Shown piece after piece: positions 58,702 to 64,000 of a DNA stretch of 64,000 bases. A program made the translations under genes and the position numbers. The stretch spans positions 1 to 64,000 of IMG/VR virus record IMGVR_UViG_3300044652_000025; one strand, given 5' to 3'. This stretch comes from a virus. Lineage: Duplodnaviria; Caudoviricetes. The notes below the pieces were generated by a model, which was given only the letters and a program-made list of their open reading frames with translations, was not told where the DNA came from and made no database searches. Each line of letters starts with the position of its first letter. The first letter of the stretch is position 1.

Positions 58702-60719
58702 CGTCTCCTCCGGGCCGGTGACGTCGGCATCCCGGGCCTGCGCCTGCCCTTGCCGAAGCCCGAGAGGGCATCGTGGGTCTCGGTCTGCTGGCCACTGTGG
58801 GGCAGGCCACCCTGGGCGGTCCCTCCCACCGGTAGCTCGGCCAGGGTCTTGCCCAGGAAGGCCGCGATCTCGGTGCCGATGAGTTCGTAGGTGCAGATGG
58901 CCAGGCAGTCACTCACGTCTTTCGTTTGTACCGGTCCTGAGGTGGGGTGGTCAACCTTGTTTGTTCCCGCCTCCTGGAGGAAGGTCAACTCCAGGTCCGC
59001 CAGTTCGTGATACGGAGCATGGACGAGTCCCAATCCCAAGGCCGTTTTAAATGTTTCATACGTCTTCCAGTTCAAAGGACCAGTAGCGTCCCGCTCGTAG
59101 ATGGTAACCCGCTTCGGGTAGTTAGCGCTACGGGCGTGCTTACGGAGACGCTGGATCAAAGCCACAGAGTTCCACTGGTCGAAGGACAATTCGTTCGGCA
59201 TGAAGGCGTCCATGTCGACGATGATGTCGTCGGCGATGGCGTCGTAGTCGATCTCGTGGTTCTCGTAGTCACCCGGCAGCCAGGCGTGGATCTTGTCGAA
59301 GACGACGTGCGGGAGACCGCGGTCGTCGTGCCCGGCGACGTGGGCGATGGCCCAGCCGAAGTTGGCGCCGCTCTTGGACGGGTCGCCGTGGGCTCGGTAG
59401 GTCCGACTCAGGATCCCTTGGTGCTGCATCGTCAGGACGTCGCTCTCGGTCGGCCAGGGCTTCCACATGTCAGCGATCCGGTCCGGCCGGAGGTACGCGT
59501 CCAAGACGCTGGCCCAATGAGCGCGCCGCTCGACGGCGAACGTTTCAGGATTGGCAGCTTCTAACCGCTGCATCTCGGCGTCGAAGGTCTGGACCGCGTT
59601 GCGCAGGGCCGGGAAGAAGATCGGCCGCGACACCTGGGGGACGGCGTCGCGGATGTGGGCCGGGGGTGGGATCACCCGCTCCGGCCGGGCCTCCAGCCGG
59701 TGGTGAGGATCCGCGGTGCGCTCCCAGTCAACGTAGGTGTCCCAGCTTGCCAACTGGGCCATGAAGAGGGCCGGGAAGCTCGGCTTGCCGTCCTCATCGT
59801 GCTGGAGCGCCTTGCTGTAGTTGTCGAAGAACGCCCCCAGCCGCTGCCACGGCGACGACGCCTCCCACAGGAAGCCCCACTGCTGGAACTGGTCGAGGGA
59901 CGGGACGGCCGACTCGTAGACCTCGCTGGCGTCGGCCTTGGCCACGGCCCGGACGACGTGCGCCATCTCATCGAAGAACAACATCGCGCTGGCCGGGCCT
60001 CGGGCGGCCATCGTCGTTGCCTCTCTGGCCTCGATGATGAAGGTGGCCATGTCGGCCTCGGTCCCGATGCCTCGGTCGTGGCGGTCGAGCATCCTGATGA
60101 AGTCGTGCGGGGCGTAGACGGTGAAGCTCTCCCCCAGGACCCGGCTGATGTAGGGAGCGAAGCACGGCGCCCCGACGATGACGTTGTTCAAGTCCTTCCA
60201 CTGATGCGCTCGGGCCTGCTCCCGCTTACCGGCGAAGGCCATGGTGGCGATCTGCTTGTCGCGGTCGATTCCGAAGTGACCTTGCGGGTCTCCGAGCGAC
60301 AGGTAGTTCCACAAGACGTACGACCCGGCCAGGGCACCGAGGTAGCCCTTGCCGCCACGTCGACCGATGGGCAGGACCACCTCTCTGAACCACTTCCGGC
60401 CCTCGGCCTTGTTGATCTCGATCCGCTCGAAAATGTCAACAACGAGACCGTTGTTGCCCTCGCCCCGTTCGTCAGCCGACTCCCGGAACTTCGTCGTCCA
60501 TTCGTCAACGACCTCGTAGTCGTAGTCGGTCAGCAGGTCGTCACGAAGGAAAATCAACTTCAACAATGTGGCTTGCCTCGGGTACAGCGTCCGGCCCAAA
60601 TATGCGTCCGAGAGAATGAACTCAATCGGGTCCGGGACCTGAGCCTCAAATCCCGCGACGAGTTCAAAGACCCGCAGGGGGTCGAGGTCGGGCATGAATC
60701 GTCGGGTCCTGGCGGGCAT
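58698..60719 (-). CDS. terL: Terminase large subunit
   Basis: LYPRQ adenine-binding motif, IGRRGGKG Walker A, LFFDEMAH Walker B, HGDPS and KDVSD nuclease acidic residues, FDQWNS. Confidence 0.9.
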   Translation of the reverse strand: MPARTRRFMPDLDPLRVFELVAGFEAQVPDPIEFILSDAYLGRTLYPRQATLLKLIFLRDDLLTDYDYEVVDEWTTKFRESADERGEGNNGLVVDIFERIEINKAEGRKWFREVVLPIGRRGGKGYLGALAGSYVLWNYLSLGDPQGHFGIDRDKQIATMAFAGKREQARAHQWKDLNNVIVGAPCFAPYISRVLGESFTVYAPHDFIRMLDRHDRGIGTEADMATFIIEAREATTMAARGPASAMLFFDEMAHVVRAVAKADASEVYESAVPSLDQFQQWGFLWEASSPWQRLGAFFDNYSKALQHDEDGKPSFPALFMAQLASWDTYVDWERTADPHHRLEARPERVIPPPAHIRDAVPQVSRPIFFPALRNAVQTFDAEMQRLEAANPETFAVERRAHWASVLDAYLRPDRIADMWKPWPTESDVLTMQHQGILSRTYRAHGDPSKSGANFGWAIAHVAGHDDRGLPHVVFDKIHAWLPGDYENHEIDYDAIADDIIVDMDAFMPNELSFDQWNSVALIQRLRKHARSANYPKRVTIYERDATGPLNWKTYETFKTALGLGLVHAPYHELADLELTFLQEAGTNKVDHPTSGPVQTKDVSDCLAICTYELIGTEIAAFLGKTLAELPVGGTAQGGLPHSGQQTETHDALSGFGKGRRRPGMPTSPARRRR

Positions 60720-60740
60720 CGTTATCCACTCTAAGTGAAA

Positions 60741-60767
60741 CGGTCGAGGGCTTCATACCCTCGACCG
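60741..60767 (-). terminator. Intrinsic terminator closing pentamer array 2
   Basis: CGGTCGAGGG-TATGAAG-CCCTCGACCG followed by TTTCACTT on the minus strand. Confidence 0.7.
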
Positions 60768-60769
60768 CT

Positions 60770-61333
60770 CCACCCATGACTGCCATGCCGAACTCGAACC
60801 TGACGAGCATCGCCGCGCCAAGCCCCGCCGACCCACGCCTTGACTGCCGAGTCGAGACCAGCCTACGCCCGCCTAACCGCGGCGAACCCAGCCCTGACTG
60901 CCGAGCCATTCCACGTCCAGACACGCCGTGCCATGACTGCCGCGGCACGACCCGCCTCTCCTAGCCTACGCGTGCCTCACCTCTCCGAGGCTGCCGGGCC
61001 AGGCCCAACCATCGCTGGTCAAGCCCAGCCAAGCCGCACCCTGACTGCCTCGCCCTAACGGGCCATGCCTGTCCATGCACCTCCTCAACGGGCCGTACCT
61101 TGCCACTGCTGCCAGGCCAACGCCTGCCGTGATGTACCAAGCCCTGCCGAGACGAGACCGTCCCCTCCACACCGCTACTGCCCTGACCTACCGGGCCTAG
61201 CCTCTACACGCCCGTCCTAGCCATTGCTGGCGAGCCGAGCCGAACCGCTCCATGACCTTGCGCACTTGCCCTGCCATACCAAGACTGCCGAGCCTTGCCG
61301 CGGCCTGCCTAGCCTCACCAAACCGAGGCTGCC
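60770..61333 (-). ncRNA. Pentamer-phased array 2 (about 10 units; GGCAG-N4 followed by 6-12 G(G/T/C)(C/T/A)NN), candidate guide RNAs
   Basis: e.g. GGCAG TCAG GGCTG GGTTC GCCGC GGTTA GGCGG GCGTA GGCTG GTCTC GACTC GGCAG. Confidence 0.8.
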
Positions 61334-61337
61334 ATTC

Positions 61338-61364
61338 ACCGGGGCCGGTGGCTCCGACCCCGGT
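61338..61364 (-). other. 11-bp stem-loop at the 5' end of array 2
   Basis: ACCGGGGUCGG-AGCCA-CCGGCCCCGGU; fully paired (one G-U) only as minus-strand RNA. Confidence 0.6.
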
Positions 61365-61370
61365 CGCTGG

Positions 61371-61871
61371 CTAGACCGCCTCGGCCTCTCCGTCGTCGTC
61401 GTCGCGGTCGATGTCATCGAGCGCGGCCCAGACTCCGGCCAGAGCACTGAGGTGCCGGTACCGGCGCCGCAGAGCCTGGAGGGCGACCAACGCATCTTTG
61501 AGCATCTGATTTCTCAGATCCTCGCGGTCGACCACCGTCTGAGTGTTGGTGTAGCCACGGTCACCGTCCTTCCGGACCGAGACGAAGGCGACGATGGGTT
61601 CGTCACTGCCCTCGACCACGATGCGGATGTCTCTGATGATCCGGCGAGCCTGACTCAGCCAATACTGCTCGGCGGCGTGGTTTTTGTCCCACCCACGCCA
61701 GTCGGCCATGTTGTGCAACGGCGAGTTGCGCTTCTTGGCCTCGGCTACCAACGCGTGCGGGGTGCAGACACCGTCGCGGTCCTCGATCTTCTTGATCTCG
61801 CCGTAGACGATGTTGGCGTCGACACCATGGCTCTGCTTCCACGACACGAACGCTGTCGGTTCTCCACTCAT
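61371..61871 (-). CDS. Accessory protein of the RAMP/array locus (166 aa)
   Basis: AAAGGAGGTG SD; TP.ALV.EA....SPLH....WD...AAEQY.L.QAR.IIR.I motif recalled from phage proteins next to RAMP-like genes. Confidence 0.75.
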   Translation of the reverse strand: MSGEPTAFVSWKQSHGVDANIVYGEIKKIEDRDGVCTPHALVAEAKKRNSPLHNMADWRGWDKNHAAEQYWLSQARRIIRDIRIVVEGSDEPIVAFVSVRKDGDRGYTNTQTVVDREDLRNQMLKDALVALQALRRRYRHLSALAGVWAALDDIDRDDDDGEAEAV

Positions 61872-61894
61872 TTTTCAATCACCTCCTTTCGATC

Positions 61895-62929
61895 CTGCCG
61901 TGACAAGCCAAACCGATCCGGGCCAAGCCCAAACGGGCCTAACCGCGCCAAGCCACGACTGCCGTTACCAACCCGGACCTGCCTGGCCGAACCTGACCGG
62001 GACGAGCCTTGCCTGGACTGGCGAGGCTTGCCGGGCCGTAACACGACTAGACCGGCCTATCCCTGCCCTGACTGCCATGCCTAAACCTGCCCTGGCTTGC
62101 CATGACGACCTAGCCCTACCACTGCTGCCGTGACCAGCCTGGCCGGTCCACGACGCTCCTAGCCGAGCCGTACCTTGCCTCGTCTGCCACGCCCTGCGAA
62201 GCCATCGCTTGCCCATCCTGACCATGGCTGCCGAGCCGGGACCGTCCCAAGCCGGGCACACCTAGCCACTCCATGACTGCCAAACCGGGACCTGCCTGGC
62301 CTGGACACACCTGGCCGAGCCGACCCGCACCTTGCCACTGCTGCCATGACGAACCGCTCCATGCCGTTGCGTGCCGCGACCTGCCAAGCCTTGGCGAGGC
62401 TGCCGAGACCTGACTGGCGACGCCAAGCCGGGCCTGGACATCCCGCGCAACGCCCTGACTCGACTGCCCTGCCAAACCCATCCGGGCCGTGACATGCCAC
62501 CCGAGCCGTGCCTGGGCTGCCGTGCCGCACCTGACCTCGACGGGACCAGACCATCCTGGCCCAGCCAAGCGCAGACCCGCCTCGACTGCCCTACCTCGCC
62601 AAGCCCTGCCTCGGCCCGACCCGGAGATCCAGGCCGAGGCTGGCTGGCCACACCGTGCCTCGACGCTGCGAGACATGCACCGCCTAGCCCATCCTCTACT
62701 GCCATGACCGGCCATGCGTTGCCACGGCGAGCCTTGGCCGGACCGGACCTGACGATCCAAGCCCAACCATGGCTGCCGCTCCACTGCTGCCCTGACAAGC
62801 CTTGGCTCGACGTGCCCCTGCGGGAGTCGCCGGGCCAAGCCACTGCTGCCATGCCGTGACCCGCCATGACATACCGGGGCGCACACCGCCCATACATGAC
62901 CGGGCGAGCCGAGCCATGCCGTGTCTGCC
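61895..62929 (-). ncRNA. Pentamer-phased array 1 (about 18 units delimited by GGCAG-N4), candidate guide RNAs
   Basis: e.g. GGCAG TCGT GGCTT GGCGC GGTTA GGCCC GTTTG GGCTT GGCCC GGATC GGTTT GGCTT GTCAC GGCAG. Confidence 0.8.
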
Positions 62930-62954
62930 AAGGGGTCACTTACTGCTCCGGGTC

Positions 62955-63593
62955 CTAGTTGCTGACCTGGAACATTCCGTACGAACCGGACGCCGACTTC
63001 GGCGCCGACGGCCGCCACTCACCAACCCCACCGAGACCGGCGGCGTCGACCAGAGCGAAGACCGACGAGGCGTCGAGCATGTGCGGCAGGTACGTGACCT
63101 TGAGGATGGCCGACCACGGCCAGAAGCCAGCCCGGTAGCGGATGTCAGCGACACCCGACTCCAACCTGACCATGTCCTCACGCATGTGAGGCTCGGCCGA
63201 AATCGCCACCAGGTCGGTCCCCTCCTCGGGGTTGATGAAGAGGGCGGCCTTGGCCTGGACCATGGTCAAGCCGTCGAAGTGCCTCACGGCGCCGACGAGA
63301 GCGGCCTTGAAGGCGGTGGCGGGGATGGCGCAGCGGCCGTCGGGGAGCCGGTAGATGGACGACTCGTAGTCGGCCTGCGGGTCCTTCGGCTCCTTCTTCG
63401 GCTTGGTGCCGCGAGCCATCTGGCTCTCCAACATCATTCTCTTGGCCTTCTCGGACCAGCGGTGGGTGATCAACTCGGAGGTGCCCTCGATCGGGACCTC
63501 GATGGTGACGCGCTCCAGGCGCTTCAGGACGACGGTGGGACCCTCGGTGACGCCAGCGACCTTCCCGGCGCCATTGGTTTTGGTCATTGCCAT
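62955..63593 (-). CDS. RAMP superfamily Cas7/Csm3-like RNA-binding protein (212 aa)
   Basis: IEGTSELITH (first strand), IPATAFKAALVGA (like RAMP IP..S.KG), DIRYRA.F..W, Gly-rich loop AAGLGGVGEWRP...SGSYGMFQV; start at MAMTKT with ACAGGAG SD. Confidence 0.75.
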   Translation of the reverse strand: MAMTKTNGAGKVAGVTEGPTVVLKRLERVTIEVPIEGTSELITHRWSEKAKRMMLESQMARGTKPKKEPKDPQADYESSIYRLPDGRCAIPATAFKAALVGAVRHFDGLTMVQAKAALFINPEEGTDLVAISAEPHMREDMVRLESGVADIRYRAGFWPWSAILKVTYLPHMLDASSVFALVDAAGLGGVGEWRPSAPKSASGSYGMFQVSN

Positions 63594-63633
63594 TGGTTCT
63601 GCTCCTGTAGTCGGAAGTGAACTGTTGCAAGTA

Positions 63634-63661
63634 ACCTTAGCACGTATAACGGGTCCGTCAA
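63634..63661 (-). promoter_or_regulatory. Promoter TTGACG-16-(TGC)TAAGGT for the RAMP operon
   Basis: Extended -10 and -35 boxes ~40 nt upstream of the start. Confidence 0.6.
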
Positions 63662-63735
63662 CCGGGGTCCTTCGGACATATGGGCGCGAAAATGCCCCCT
63701 CCACTGGGGAAGGGGGCGAGATCCTGTCTTCTCTG

Positions 63736-63993
63736 CTAGGCGGCGTCAGCGAAGGCGGTGGCCATCGGGGTCCCGGCGTAGGCGGCGTTGGCGTCGTCGG
63801 TGCCGACCGTCACCCGGGGCGGATCGATCCCGCACGGCCACTCGGCGGTGATCCCCCAGGGGCGGCAGTCGCAGCCGCCGCAGCGGTAGTCGCCGTCCTC
63901 CCAGCCGCCGGTGTTGATGAAGTAGTGGGTCTTGCGGTTGGCCTCGATCTCCTCGGCGGTCCCGGGGAACGACATCGGCATGTTGACGGCCAC
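63736..63993 (-). CDS. Cys-containing hypothetical protein (85 aa)
   Basis: RCGGCDCRPWG...WPCG..PPR motif. Confidence 0.55.
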   Translation of the reverse strand: MAVNMPMSFPGTAEEIEANRKTHYFINTGGWEDGDYRCGGCDCRPWGITAEWPCGIDPPRVTVGTDDANAAYAGTPMATAFADAA

Positions 63994-64000
63994 AAGGCTC

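Noticed and set aside
60770-62929. Canonical CRISPR array or simple microsatellite
   Set aside because: No identical 25-40-bp repeats with unique spacers and no cas1/cas2; the NN positions are too diverse and the delimiters too regular for plain slippage
60664-63018. Many ORFs (e.g. 62116..63018, 62262..62939, 62371..62859) over the pentamer arrays
   Set aside because: Low-complexity G/R/A/W translations produced by the 5-nt periodic repeat; no SD or codon bias
63723-63760. Plus-strand match to the late-promoter motif
   Set aside because: 23-nt spacing, antisense to a gene and no downstream ORF; likely chance

Overview
A GC-rich (roughly 69%, estimated by eye) 64-kb segment of a large tailed bacteriophage, almost all coded on the minus strand. 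The host is probably an actinobacterium (WhiB gene, candidate leaderless genes), and the head-gene architecture recalls large Bxz1-like or Streptomyces actinophages. In transcription order (right to left): (1) a RAMP/Cas7-like gene, a 1-kb array of phased G(G/T/C)(C/T/A)NN pentamers, an accessory gene, a second 0.56-kb array and a terminator. This is a candidate RNA-guided system with non-contiguous guides and is the most interesting locus. (2) Terminase large subunit, DNA methyltransferase, WhiB and membrane proteins. (3) A 1640-aa polyvalent protein (ParB-like, RelE-like, 3x GNAT, 3x ART-like, HExxH peptidase) and an iron-permease-like gene. (4) About 23 kb of small early genes, with 13 related promoter/stem-loop/SD cassettes, thyX, HNH, RapZ-C-like and sigma-region-4 genes. 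(5) Head genes: Zn-ribbon polyproteins punctuated by (K/R)x(T/E/Q)A motifs, an intein-containing portal and a 1652-aa head protein with Arr-like ART, SWIM and RelA/SpoT-like modules. (6) Tail collar, tail fibre and two YadA-head-repeat fibre genes. No major capsid gene, tRNA or canonical CRISPR array was recognised. All domain calls come from motif recognition by eye, not database searches.
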